Positions 41,902 to 51,039 of a DNA stretch of 59,682 bases are shown here, piece after piece (position 1 is the first letter of the stretch; each line of letters opens with the position of its first letter). The stretch comes from Cyanobacteria bacterium P01_D01_bin.156 (GTDB taxonomy: Bacteria; Cyanobacteriota; Cyanobacteriia; Phormidesmidales; Phormidesmidaceae), in the NCBI GenBank assembly GCA_039024555.1, contig JBCCQQ010000038.1, positions 1 through 59,682 of the forward strand. The letters are read 5' to 3'. Made by a program: the position numbers and the translations under genes. The notes below the pieces were generated by a model, which was not told the origin of the DNA, made no database searches, and saw nothing but the letters and a program-made list of their open reading frames with translations.

Positions 41902-42486
41902 TTAACCTTGTTGAACATTTTTATTTCCTAGAACTTGATCACCATCGTAATAGACTTGCCCAGACTGATTGACTGATTGATCGATTTGATATCTATAATT
42001 TACGTTTACAGACTGCTTATTTATCTGCACAAAATAAGAAAAACTGCTTTCTCGTTCCATTGCACTGGAAAGTTTTTTTACTAATCCTCTAACACCATCA
42101 AGATCATGGGTAACAAAAACTTTGCTATCTCCTGAATTAAAATACATTGCCAATCCATACTCGTAAGATCGTTCAGGTGGCTCTGTAATCAACAGAAATA
42201 TACCGAAGATGCAAGCCATTAAAATCGTATTCTTATTAGGTAAGTCACTCAAGTATGCATAACTCAAAATAGCTAGCACTACGACTATAGAAATTCCTCT
42301 AAGTGTCGGAGCATACGTTTTTCTAATTTCTTTATTATAGGTACTAAAGCCAGTAACGTTGATTAACTGATAGACTTCATCGTTTCCACCTCGATATACG
42401 CGTATTGTTCGATTAGTTATCACTATATTCGCAGAGCTTCTGTAAAAAAATGTTGATGCGCTTTCGGTGTTATCAGCGACTTGCAT
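41902..42486 (-). CDS. DUF6232-like two-TM protein with a Q/N/V-rich C-terminal tail ending in GDQVLGNK
   Basis: IVITNRTIRV...VYQLINVTGF beta region, two TM helices, then YGLAMYFNSG...LSSAME. AT-rich. Confidence 0.75.
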   Translation of the reverse strand: MQVADNTESASTFFYRSSANIVITNRTIRVYRGGNDEVYQLINVTGFSTYNKEIRKTYAPTLRGISIVVVLAILSYAYLSDLPNKNTILMACIFGIFLLITEPPERSYEYGLAMYFNSGDSKVFVTHDLDGVRGLVKKLSSAMERESSFSYFVQINKQSVNVNYRYQIDQSVNQSGQVYYDGDQVLGNKNVQQG

Positions 42487-42767
42487 AAATATAAATGCTT
42501 TGCGATACCCATCATTAGATGTCTGCTAAATTGCTATATGGTTGTAATTCAACTCCTATGCATATCGTATCTAGTACGAGGATGCATGATAACAAGGCTA
42601 GAAATCTGAAAACTTACAGTAACAGCGTCTTAGTTTGTATTCATGCTGTTATCTTGAAAGTGCTCTTAAGGAGACAACAGCAGAGTTACAAGAAGATGTG
42701 TTCATTAATTAGTAAGAACTATTACCTTAAAAGCCTTAGGGCATTAGCTAATGCTTTTTCAAGCGTA

Positions 42768-43418
42768 TCAATCATCATCCGCTGGCAGTGTTTGTAGTGG
42801 AGACGGGCTAATGGGCGTAGTCGGCAGTGGCGATAGTAAACTGTCAGGTGTGGTGGGGATGGGTGTGGTGGTAGATGGGTTTAATGGAGAAATATCACTA
42901 GGTAGCCCGTTGTCAGTGCCATTGATCAGGTCTTGAATATTGGCGGGAATTTCCCCAGGCAGCGTATCGTCTTGTGAGGAACCAGCAGACTGAGTACCCG
43001 CTGGTAAAGTGGCCAGGGCAACCCGATTACCGCCTACGATACGTAGGATATCTAGAACTCGTACCACATCGTCATAACGAGAATCTTTAGCGGCATAGAG
43101 CACCACAATCCCATTAGGATTACCTGTGTAGAAATCATCTACTAAGCCCAGCAAATTCTGTTCTAAAATCGGGTCTTGGTCTAAATAAATGCGACCGATG
43201 GGGTCCACACTGATATAGAGGCGATCGCGACCATCGGTAAGCGCAGCAGGTGGCAAAGCCGCACCAGTATCGGCATTGGGTAAATCTAAACTGATGGCCT
43301 GCTGACGACTGCCAACCGCCGCCAAAATAAAGAATGTCAAAATACAAAAAACGACATCCACTAGGGGTAGCAGCTCAATGTCAATACCGTTTTGTTGGTC
43401 ATCTATATCCAGTTTCAT
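42768..43418 (-). CDS. exbD: ExbD/TolR-family protein with a Pro/Thr-rich tail
   Basis: IELLPLVDVVFCILTFF and YDDVVRVLD motifs. Confidence 0.88.
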   Translation of the reverse strand: MKLDIDDQQNGIDIELLPLVDVVFCILTFFILAAVGSRQQAISLDLPNADTGAALPPAALTDGRDRLYISVDPIGRIYLDQDPILEQNLLGLVDDFYTGNPNGIVVLYAAKDSRYDDVVRVLDILRIVGGNRVALATLPAGTQSAGSSQDDTLPGEIPANIQDLINGTDNGLPSDISPLNPSTTTPIPTTPDSLLSPLPTTPISPSPLQTLPADDD

Positions 43419-43430
43419 AGTGCTGCAACC

Positions 43431-44096
43431 TTAGTTAACTGATACACCTAACTCACTGGGTTTACCTTTACTTAACGCCCAAGCCTGACGATAAAGTAGC
43501 TCCAGCTCACTGCCGGACTGCCGAAAAACTTTTGCCTGGCCAAACACCAGTCCCTGAAACAGGCGATAAAACATCAAACTAACAATGGCAATAATTAACC
43601 CCGTAGCGGTGGTAATTAGAGACTGACCAATCCCTGCTGCGGCTCCGCTGGTAGCGCTACCAATGGCTAAGTCATTCAGATCCAACGACCCTAACGAACT
43701 CATTAAACCAAGCACGGTGCCCAAGAGCCCCAACATAGGAGATACCGCTATCACCAGCTCTAGGACTTTATCACCCCGTCGCATGGCAGCGAGTTCTTCA
43801 TTGGCAGCGGTTTCCAACGCTAAACGAAATACTTCAGGGTCTTGATCCTTAAGCTTGAGGGCAGCGTAGAGAAAACGCCCCATGGGTAAACGATGGGCAC
43901 GTTGAGCAATTTCTGTCGCGGCGGTCCATTCCCGACGAGCAGCTTCTAACACACGGCCAGCTACCTCGCGTTCACGGGTAATGATGCGAGACCAGAACCA
44001 AATTCGTTCAATAATGGTGCCGAGGGCAATCACTGAAAGGAACAGCAGAGGCCACATGGCCACGCCCCCCCTAGCAAATAGTTCAGCAATGTTCAC
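43431..44096 (-). CDS. exbB: MotA/TolQ/ExbB proton channel protein
   Basis: GGVAMWPL, SPMLGLLGTVLG and GIGQSLITTATGL motifs. Confidence 0.9.
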   Translation of the reverse strand: MNIAELFARGGVAMWPLLFLSVIALGTIIERIWFWSRIITREREVAGRVLEAARREWTAATEIAQRAHRLPMGRFLYAALKLKDQDPEVFRLALETAANEELAAMRRGDKVLELVIAVSPMLGLLGTVLGLMSSLGSLDLNDLAIGSATSGAAAGIGQSLITTATGLIIAIVSLMFYRLFQGLVFGQAKVFRQSGSELELLYRQAWALSKGKPSELGVSVN

Positions 44097-44162
44097 GCAC
44101 TTTCTCCCCTAAGCTTCCTCAGACGCATGTTACCCTGCTCGGGTCCTAGATCGGGCAATCTT

Positions 44163-45416
44163 TTAGTGGGTTTTAGCTGAGACATTGGCCCGGCTGATGG
44201 CTAAATCTAGAATTTCATTGGCGGTGCGATCGCAAACTCCCACAGTGCCTAGCTGCTGCCGCATCGTTTTGTAGCCCTCCACCATTTTCTGGCGTTGGTC
44301 CGGATCATTCAATAAATTGAGCGCCGATTGACAAATGGCCTCGGGGGTCGCATCCCACTGAACGAACTCCGGAACAATCGACTCCATGTTAACGAGATTT
44401 ACCGGCGAAACGTAGGCAGCCGAAAATTTCAAGACAAATTCTGCCACCCAGGCCGTAATTCGATTGAGTCGGTACATCACCACTTGAGGTACCTCCATCA
44501 GCGCAATTTCTAAATTAGCCGTACCTGATTTTGTAATGGCCAGATCTGCCGCCGCAATGGCTAGGGGTTGCTCCTCTTTAGATATCACCCGGCCCTTGAG
44601 TTTATAGTCTTGCAGCGCTTTTTCCAGGGGTTCTCTAAATGCATCTCGGGCTAAGGGAACAAGAAACTCCAAGTCTGGTACCTGGGCCTGGAGCTGTTGC
44701 GCGGCAGTAAACATAATCGGCATTACATAGGTCAGTTCCTGCGGACGAGACGCTGGTAATAGAGTCACAATCGGTACGCTATTACCGATGCCAAAGTGCT
44801 GACGAGCTTTTTGTCTGGCTGAGACTGGGGAATAGTCAGCAAATTTGTCGAGCAGGGGATGACCAACCCAGGACACCTCGCCCCCATGCTTTTGATAGTA
44901 AGTTGCTTCGCCTGGAAAGATGGCTAGTACCCGATCGGCAATGGACAAAATCTTCTCAGTATCCCCTGGCACCATAGACCACACCCACAGCTGTGGAGCA
45001 ATAAAGTAGGCAATCGGAGTCCCAGGATATCGGTGACGAATAAATTGACCGATGGCCACATTAGGCCCCATATAGTCAATCAAGACCACGGCATCAGGAG
45101 GGTTGTCGGCCAAATACTGCTTGGCTCGACGCTGTAGCTTTAGGGCCGCAATGGCATGGGGCAGCGCTTCAAAAATACCAATGGAGCTAATCGGTACCGT
45201 ATCACCGATAAGTTCAGCACCAGCCGCTGCCATGCGCTGTCCCCCCATGGCACTAACGTCAATCGGCATCGAGCGCCGAGCAGCTTGGCGTTGTAGAGCC
45301 TCCACCAGTAAGCTCCCTTGCAAATCACCAGAGACTTCTCCAGTGTGAATAAATACTCGAACAGGGCGAGATGTCGTATCAGTCAATGGCATGGTAAATG
45401 CAGAAAAACCAGACAA
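44163..45416 (-). CDS. lpxB: Lipid-A-disaccharide synthase
   Basis: GEVSGD, APQLWVW, VGHPLLD, LLPASR and KSGTANLE motifs. The true start may be slightly downstream. Confidence 0.95.
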   Translation of the reverse strand: MSGFSAFTMPLTDTTSRPVRVFIHTGEVSGDLQGSLLVEALQRQAARRSMPIDVSAMGGQRMAAAGAELIGDTVPISSIGIFEALPHAIAALKLQRRAKQYLADNPPDAVVLIDYMGPNVAIGQFIRHRYPGTPIAYFIAPQLWVWSMVPGDTEKILSIADRVLAIFPGEATYYQKHGGEVSWVGHPLLDKFADYSPVSARQKARQHFGIGNSVPIVTLLPASRPQELTYVMPIMFTAAQQLQAQVPDLEFLVPLARDAFREPLEKALQDYKLKGRVISKEEQPLAIAAADLAITKSGTANLEIALMEVPQVVMYRLNRITAWVAEFVLKFSAAYVSPVNLVNMESIVPEFVQWDATPEAICQSALNLLNDPDQRQKMVEGYKTMRQQLGTVGVCDRTANEILDLAISRANVSAKTH

Positions 45417-45523
45417 AAAATCAGGAGCGAGAATTTTGCCGTTGCTGATTTAAGGAAATGGAGCGATCGAGCAAACTGGCAATTACAGATAACATCCTCG
45501 TCAGCATCAGCCATGCCAGAAAT

Positions 45524-46333
45524 TTAACGTCCTGGAATTGCACCCCGTCGCCCTTTTTGTTGAGAAGCTACTAAAAACCGATGGAGATGCTGGACATACT
45601 CATTGTTAGCAACAGCTCCCAACTTATCCAGTGCCTCGCTAAAGGTAAGCCCGGAACGATAGAGCAACCGGTAGGCCTGCTTTAACTCCTCGTACACTCG
45701 GCCAGCTTCTAAATCACCGATACCAGAGCGTTTAAGACCGACCTTATTGAGACCGCGAACCCTAGATGGATTACCTTCTACCATCATATAAGGGGGAACA
45801 TCTCGCTCAATGCGACTCATTCCTCCAATCATGGCATGACGGCCAAGGTGAACAAATTGATGAATTCCCACCAGGCCACTAATACGCACATTGGATTCAA
45901 TATGAACATGGCCTGCCAAAGCAACAGAATTGGCAAAGATAACACCATCTTGAATCACACAGTTGTGGGCAACATGCACATAGGCCATCAATAAGTTGCC
46001 ATTGCCTAACCGAGTAATCTCACCAAACCGTGTGGGTCGGTTAATGGTGACATATTCGCGAATATTGTTATCGTTTCCAATAGAGACTAGGCTTTCAGAC
46101 CCGTCGTACTTGAGATCCTGTGGCTCCAGACCAATAGCGGCGCCAGTGAAAATGCGATTTCGTTCTCCAATCTCGGTGTGACCATCCAGCACTACATGGG
46201 AGCCGATTTCACTATCCTTACCAACGCTAACTTTCTCCCCAATCACAGCATAGGGACCCACTTTGACACTGGGATGAACCTGGGCCCTTGGATGAATTAC
46301 CGCCGTGGGATGGATTAAAGCAGTTGGGAGCAT
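45524..46333 (-). CDS. lpxA: UDP-N-acetylglucosamine acyltransferase
   Basis: Hexapeptide repeats, PQDLKY and HVAHNC motifs. Confidence 0.96.
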   Translation of the reverse strand: MLPTALIHPTAVIHPRAQVHPSVKVGPYAVIGEKVSVGKDSEIGSHVVLDGHTEIGERNRIFTGAAIGLEPQDLKYDGSESLVSIGNDNNIREYVTINRPTRFGEITRLGNGNLLMAYVHVAHNCVIQDGVIFANSVALAGHVHIESNVRISGLVGIHQFVHLGRHAMIGGMSRIERDVPPYMMVEGNPSRVRGLNKVGLKRSGIGDLEAGRVYEELKQAYRLLYRSGLTFSEALDKLGAVANNEYVQHLHRFLVASQQKGRRGAIPGR

Positions 46334-46343
46334 TGGTTACGTT

Positions 46344-46847
46344 TTATTCAACCACAGAAAACATGAGGGTGCCTTCACACACCAATTGACCATCGACTTC
46401 GGCTTTAGCTTGCATTTTGCCGAATTTTAGCCCGCGAACACTGAGTAATTCTGTTGTTATCACCAGCTGGTCACCTGGCACAACCGGACGACGAAAGCGA
46501 ACTTTGTCGATACCGGCAAACATGCATAGACCATTTACTCCAGGCATTTGGGTGAGAACAATTCCTCCCACCTGGGCCATGGCTTCTACAATCAATACGC
46601 CAGGCATAATCGGACGCCCTGGGAAATGCCCCTGAAAGTGGGGTTCGTTGAACGTGACATTTTTTAGCCCCACTGCCTGCTTGCCAGGAATATAGTCGAT
46701 GATACGGTCCACCAGGGCAAACGGATAGCGATGGGGTAGCAGTTCTTGAATCTGCTCCAGAGTGAATGTAGTAGGGGAATCGTTCTCGGTATTAACCGGT
46801 TGAGACTCCTGAGTGGTACGTTTTTTATCTTCAATAATGGTGGCCAT
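46344..46847 (-). CDS. fabZ: 3-hydroxyacyl-ACP dehydratase
   Basis: [11 protein letters not shown] and [22 protein letters not shown] motifs. Confidence 0.97.
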   Translation of the reverse strand: MATIIEDKKRTTQESQPVNTENDSPTTFTLEQIQELLPHRYPFALVDRIIDYIPGKQAVGLKNVTFNEPHFQGHFPGRPIMPGVLIVEAMAQVGGIVLTQMPGVNGLCMFAGIDKVRFRRPVVPGDQLVITTELLSVRGLKFGKMQAKAEVDGQLVCEGTLMFSVVE

Positions 46848-46936
46848 AGACTTTGTTTAACAGCAACGGCGTAGGTATTCTCGGCTAATTCAACCCGCTC
46901 CACATTCAAAAAACAAATCCTGTAGAAAGACAGAAT

Positions 46937-47806
46937 TTAACTTGGACATGGTTTAGGAGCCAACACATTTGCGGCACCTGCAGCAGCCAACTGGCGAGCT
47001 AGCCGCACATGCAGCTCATGACTCGCACGATAGGCAGTCACATGCATCGTAGGGAGAACACCTAATAAACTGAAATCCCCTACTAAGTCTAAAAGTTTAT
47101 GACGTACCGGTTCATTTGGAAATCTCAGAGGAGGGTTAAGCCAGCCTTGTTGGTCACAAACAAGGGCATTTTCAAGACTGCCACCCTTGATTAGACCTTG
47201 CGATCGCAGCCCTTCAATTTGATGGGCCATAGCAAACGTACGTGCAGGAGCCACCGATTCAACAAAATCACTATCCTGGGGCGACCAGCTATGCCACTGA
47301 TTGCCAATAGCAGAAACTGGAAAATCGATGCCATAGCTAAATCGAGACTGAGAGGCTGGTAGCGCCATGACATAGGCATCCCCATCCTGCACAATCACAG
47401 GTGAGTGCAGCTCAGGCACCACGCGCTCAGCAGCCTGCTCAACCGTTCCCACCAATCGAATACTCTGACACCAATCCAGAGAAGAGCCGTCCATCAGCGG
47501 GATCTCTGGACCATCGATTTCAATTCGGGCATTGTCAACCCCCAACGCCCACAATGCGGCCAGTAGATGTTCTACCGTACGCACCTGAGCTCTATCGCTA
47601 CCTAACTGGGTAGACAAACGGGTTTGAGTGACCGCTGATACATGAGCTGGAATTACCTCAGAAGCCAAATCAGTCCGAACAAAATAACGACCGCTATGAA
47701 CGGGCGCAGGTAAGATTGTTACCTGCGTCATCTGCCCCAGATGCAAACCCACCCCATGACAGACAACCGGGGCTGCTAAGGTGTGCTGCAGGCTCAGAAC
47801 AGCCAT
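46937..47806 (-). CDS. lpxC: UDP-3-O-acyl-N-acetylglucosamine deacetylase
   Basis: [20 protein letters not shown] and [10 protein letters not shown] motifs. Confidence 0.96.
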   Translation of the reverse strand: MAVLSLQHTLAAPVVCHGVGLHLGQMTQVTILPAPVHSGRYFVRTDLASEVIPAHVSAVTQTRLSTQLGSDRAQVRTVEHLLAALWALGVDNARIEIDGPEIPLMDGSSLDWCQSIRLVGTVEQAAERVVPELHSPVIVQDGDAYVMALPASQSRFSYGIDFPVSAIGNQWHSWSPQDSDFVESVAPARTFAMAHQIEGLRSQGLIKGGSLENALVCDQQGWLNPPLRFPNEPVRHKLLDLVGDFSLLGVLPTMHVTAYRASHELHVRLARQLAAAGAANVLAPKPCPS

Positions 47807-50010
47807 TAGAAGCGTTCTCCAATACCAAAGTGTAGACGGCCATCACCTTCATCACTGAAACCGTAGTCAAGGCGAAGAGCCCCCAAGGGAGTCTGGACTC
47901 GAACACCCGCACCATAGCCAAACCCATTACCGGGCTTGCCACGCACTTCTGCTGGATCACCAGGCACATTATCACCCGTTCCCAGATCCGAGCCGTAGTC
48001 CACAAAGAAAGCGCCACCCAGGAAAGACGTGAACAGTGGAAAGCGATATTCAGCTGTGGCCTGAACAAAGGAGCGACCGGTCCCCAATTCGCCTTCATCA
48101 AAACCGCGCACCGAATTGGTGCCCCCTAAAGAAAAGGCTTCATAGGGAGGTAAATCACCTAGCACGGTGCCCCCTTGAACATTTAGGGCAAGGGCCGGTT
48201 GACCATCGCCAAGACGCAAGAAATTCATTGGCAAATAGCGACTGTAGCTAGCCCGCAATCGATTAAAGAAAATAGTCCCCTTACCGATGGGAATGGTTTG
48301 TTCCGACCCTAGCCGGAGTAGACTGCCGTTAGTCGGGGCTATGGGGTCATTACGTTGGTCCCAGACAAAGCTAACAGGAACACTGAGTAAGTCATCTCGG
48401 CCATCGCCGCTAAAACTCAAGTCATTACCTAATTCATCTTCTGGAGATAAGTCACCATCGCTATCTCGGATGGAAACACGCTGGTATTCCAGACCTAGCG
48501 AACCACTCCAGCCATTTGCTAGCGGTCTCCCAAAGGTGACACCTCCTCCCAGACGATTGACCCGTGGTGTATCTCCGTTAGGCAAATCAACATCAGTATC
48601 ACCACCATCAAAAATCAAGGAGATAGAACGGCGGTTAAAACCATTAACAGTGTAAGACGTACGATACGGATCGCCCGCAATCCAAGGATCGGTGAAGGAA
48701 ACATCAAACAGCAGTTCCCGTTCACTAAGCTGTACTTCGGTACGCAAACTATGGTTGTTGCCCCCCAAGTTATCCTGCTGATAGCTAACACTACCAAATA
48801 CATCACCACTGAGGTTAAAGCCCACAGCCGCCCCCACGGACCCCGTATTAGCTTCATCGATATTGACGACCACTTTAACTTTGCGGGGGTCCTCATCACC
48901 GGGGTCTAAGGAGAGGCGAACGTCATCAAAAATCCCTAGACCAAAGACCCGCTGCAGATCTTCTTGGATAGCATCCTGGCGAAAAACATCCCCCGGCTGA
49001 GTTTCAAATTCACGGGTGACAATAAAGGGGCGAGTTTTACCATCTATCGGCTCACCCGCTGCGTCTACACTGTTACCATCTTCGTCGATGTAGCGTACAT
49101 CAATGGATTCAATCACTCCCTCAGCCACAATCAGAGTGGCCACACCGGTCTCTGAGATCTGCGGTGCAGCGGTTACTTGGGCCAATACATACCCTTCGGA
49201 GCGGTACCATTCGTTCAGTGCTAAAATGCCATCCTGAAAATCAATCAGATTGAGGATTTTACCGTACTGAGGAGAGAAAAACTCATCGATTTTTTCAGCG
49301 GGTAAAACACTGTCTACATCGGCATCGGTGCGTACATCAACGCTGGTTAGCACGGGGTTGGGTTGTACACCAAAGGTTACGCGTACACCTAAGTCGGTGT
49401 CGTCAGGCCTGGCTCGAACATTGGCAAAGTACCCTGTGGCAAACACATTGTTAATGTCTTCTTGCAGCTGACTACGCGTGGCGGTGCGTCCAGGACGTAG
49501 GGTAATTGACTGATAGACAATATCTTCTAGAAAGGGTTCTAGAGGACTATCGTCTAAGGTCACCACGTCTAGTTCAGCCACTAAAACCTGTACTTCTTCT
49601 TCTGGTGTCTCTACGGGTTCCTCAACAACGTCTGTGTCAATACTAGGGGTGTCTTCAGCAGGTGGCTCTAGCTCCTCAGCCGTTGTTGATGTTGCAGGAG
49701 GATTATTAATACCGTCTAGCAGTCTCTGGAGAGTTTCTTCAGGGGTTTCTTCCCCAGACTGTGCGATCACAGCTGCCTCCCCTGTTTCCTGAATAGCGGA
49801 GTGCTGCTCATTTTGGGATAAAACCGTAATTGCACCGGGAGATACTTGCTGGTCATTAACCTGACTAGTTTCTTCCGATGAGATATGAGCTACAGCTACC
49901 GTTTCAGGGGCTGCCTCCTCGACTACATCAGAACCCTCCGATGCCAACACAGGCGAACCAAACAATGTCGCAACGGTGCAACAGGTCAATAGGGTCGGCG
50001 AAAAGCGCAT
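47806..50010 (-). CDS. bamA: Omp85/BamA outer-membrane protein assembly factor
   Basis: Signal peptide from ATG 50010 (MRFSPTLL...), acidic linker, POTRA domains, SVRGF motif and C-terminal HFGIGERF. Confidence 0.93.
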   Translation of the reverse strand: MRFSPTLLTCCTVATLFGSPVLASEGSDVVEEAAPETVAVAHISSEETSQVNDQQVSPGAITVLSQNEQHSAIQETGEAAVIAQSGEETPEETLQRLLDGINNPPATSTTAEELEPPAEDTPSIDTDVVEEPVETPEEEVQVLVAELDVVTLDDSPLEPFLEDIVYQSITLRPGRTATRSQLQEDINNVFATGYFANVRARPDDTDLGVRVTFGVQPNPVLTSVDVRTDADVDSVLPAEKIDEFFSPQYGKILNLIDFQDGILALNEWYRSEGYVLAQVTAAPQISETGVATLIVAEGVIESIDVRYIDEDGNSVDAAGEPIDGKTRPFIVTREFETQPGDVFRQDAIQEDLQRVFGLGIFDDVRLSLDPGDEDPRKVKVVVNIDEANTGSVGAAVGFNLSGDVFGSVSYQQDNLGGNNHSLRTEVQLSERELLFDVSFTDPWIAGDPYRTSYTVNGFNRRSISLIFDGGDTDVDLPNGDTPRVNRLGGGVTFGRPLANGWSGSLGLEYQRVSIRDSDGDLSPEDELGNDLSFSGDGRDDLLSVPVSFVWDQRNDPIAPTNGSLLRLGSEQTIPIGKGTIFFNRLRASYSRYLPMNFLRLGDGQPALALNVQGGTVLGDLPPYEAFSLGGTNSVRGFDEGELGTGRSFVQATAEYRFPLFTSFLGGAFFVDYGSDLGTGDNVPGDPAEVRGKPGNGFGYGAGVRVQTPLGALRLDYGFSDEGDGRLHFGIGERF

Positions 50011-50024
50011 AGGCAGAAAAACGT

Positions 50025-50039
50025 ACTCCTTACACCACA
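50025..50039 (-). promoter_or_regulatory. Probable Yfr1 sRNA binding site in the bamA 5' UTR
   Basis: The mRNA reads UGUGGUGUAAGGAGU, complementary with one mismatch to the recalled Yfr1 core ACUCCUCACACCACA. Confidence 0.6.
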
Positions 50040-50236
50040 TAGGAACAGCAGCTCTAATGGCTGACTCAGCCAGCTCCTGTTAATGACATACACTAAATCC
50101 GGTCTCAAGGGTTGTAGCTGAGGCTTCAGCGCCCTAGGCATTTTTTCGAGGGGCAGCAAAAGCAGCCACATCAGGAAAAATGTGAACAGAATTTAATATT
50201 TTCTGAAAGATTCTACCGCACTGGCTCCCTCAGTGC

Positions 50237-50998
50237 TCAAGTTGTATGTGCCAGAATTCGATCCAACACTTGCTGATACCCAGACTCGACGTCCCCTAAA
50301 TCCTTTCGAAATCGGTCTTTATCCATGACTCGACGCTCTATGTCAGTTTCCTCTTGATTCCACAGGCGGCAGGTGTCTGGGCTGATTTCATCGGCCAGAA
50401 TCAGGGTGCCATCGGCCAGGGTACCAAACTCAAGTTTGAAGTCTACTAAGGTGATGCTACAGCTGTCGAAAAAGCCGGTGAGGATCTGGTTGATGCGGCG
50501 GGCCAGGGTGTCCAACTGCTGAACAGTCTCTTCACTGGCAATGGTCATGACTCGGATGCGATCGCGAGTCAGCAGCGGATCTCCCAAAGCATCATTCTTG
50601 TAATAAAACTCCACCAAGGGAGGGGTCAGTACCGTACCCAGCTCCAGCCCCGTTTGCCGACATAGGCTCCCCGCTGCCAGATTACGTACAACCACTTCAA
50701 GAGGCACAATGGACACGGGTTTAATCCACATTTCCCGGTCATTGGGAGACCTGAGCCAATGGGTGGAAATGCCCTCAGACTCTAACAACTGAAATAGGTG
50801 GGTGGATACTGCATTGTTAATCTGCCCTTTATTGACAATGGTGCCGCGTTTCTGCGCATTAAATGCCGTTGCATCATCCTTAAAATAGGAAACCAGCACC
50901 TCCGGATCTTCGGTGGCATAGATGATTTTTGCCTTGCCTTCGTAGAGCTTTTTCCGCTCAGCCATGGGGGCTTCTCCAGGAAAATTTGCATCGCTCAT
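50237..50998 (-). CDS. purC: SAICAR synthetase
   Basis: LYEGKAK, FKDDATAFN, LVDFKLEFG and LADEISPDTCRLW motifs. Alternative start at 50965. Confidence 0.97.
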   Translation of the reverse strand: MSDANFPGEAPMAERKKLYEGKAKIIYATEDPEVLVSYFKDDATAFNAQKRGTIVNKGQINNAVSTHLFQLLESEGISTHWLRSPNDREMWIKPVSIVPLEVVVRNLAAGSLCRQTGLELGTVLTPPLVEFYYKNDALGDPLLTRDRIRVMTIASEETVQQLDTLARRINQILTGFFDSCSITLVDFKLEFGTLADGTLILADEISPDTCRLWNQEETDIERRVMDKDRFRKDLGDVESGYQQVLDRILAHTT

Positions 50999-51039
50999 TC
51001 TAACTCGGATAGGCAGTGGAGAATGAGCAGAATACCTGG

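Noticed and set aside
42519..42797. 92-aa plus-strand ORF next to the DUF6232-like gene
   Set aside because: No recognisable motif, it overlaps the exbD 3' end in antisense, and it lies in the AT-rich presumed promoter region. Probably spurious.
50011..50040. ORF-track start of bamA at 50040 (MWCKEYVFLP extension)
   Set aside because: The extension overlaps the AAGGAG/Yfr1-like site, and the signal peptide fits a start at 50010 better.
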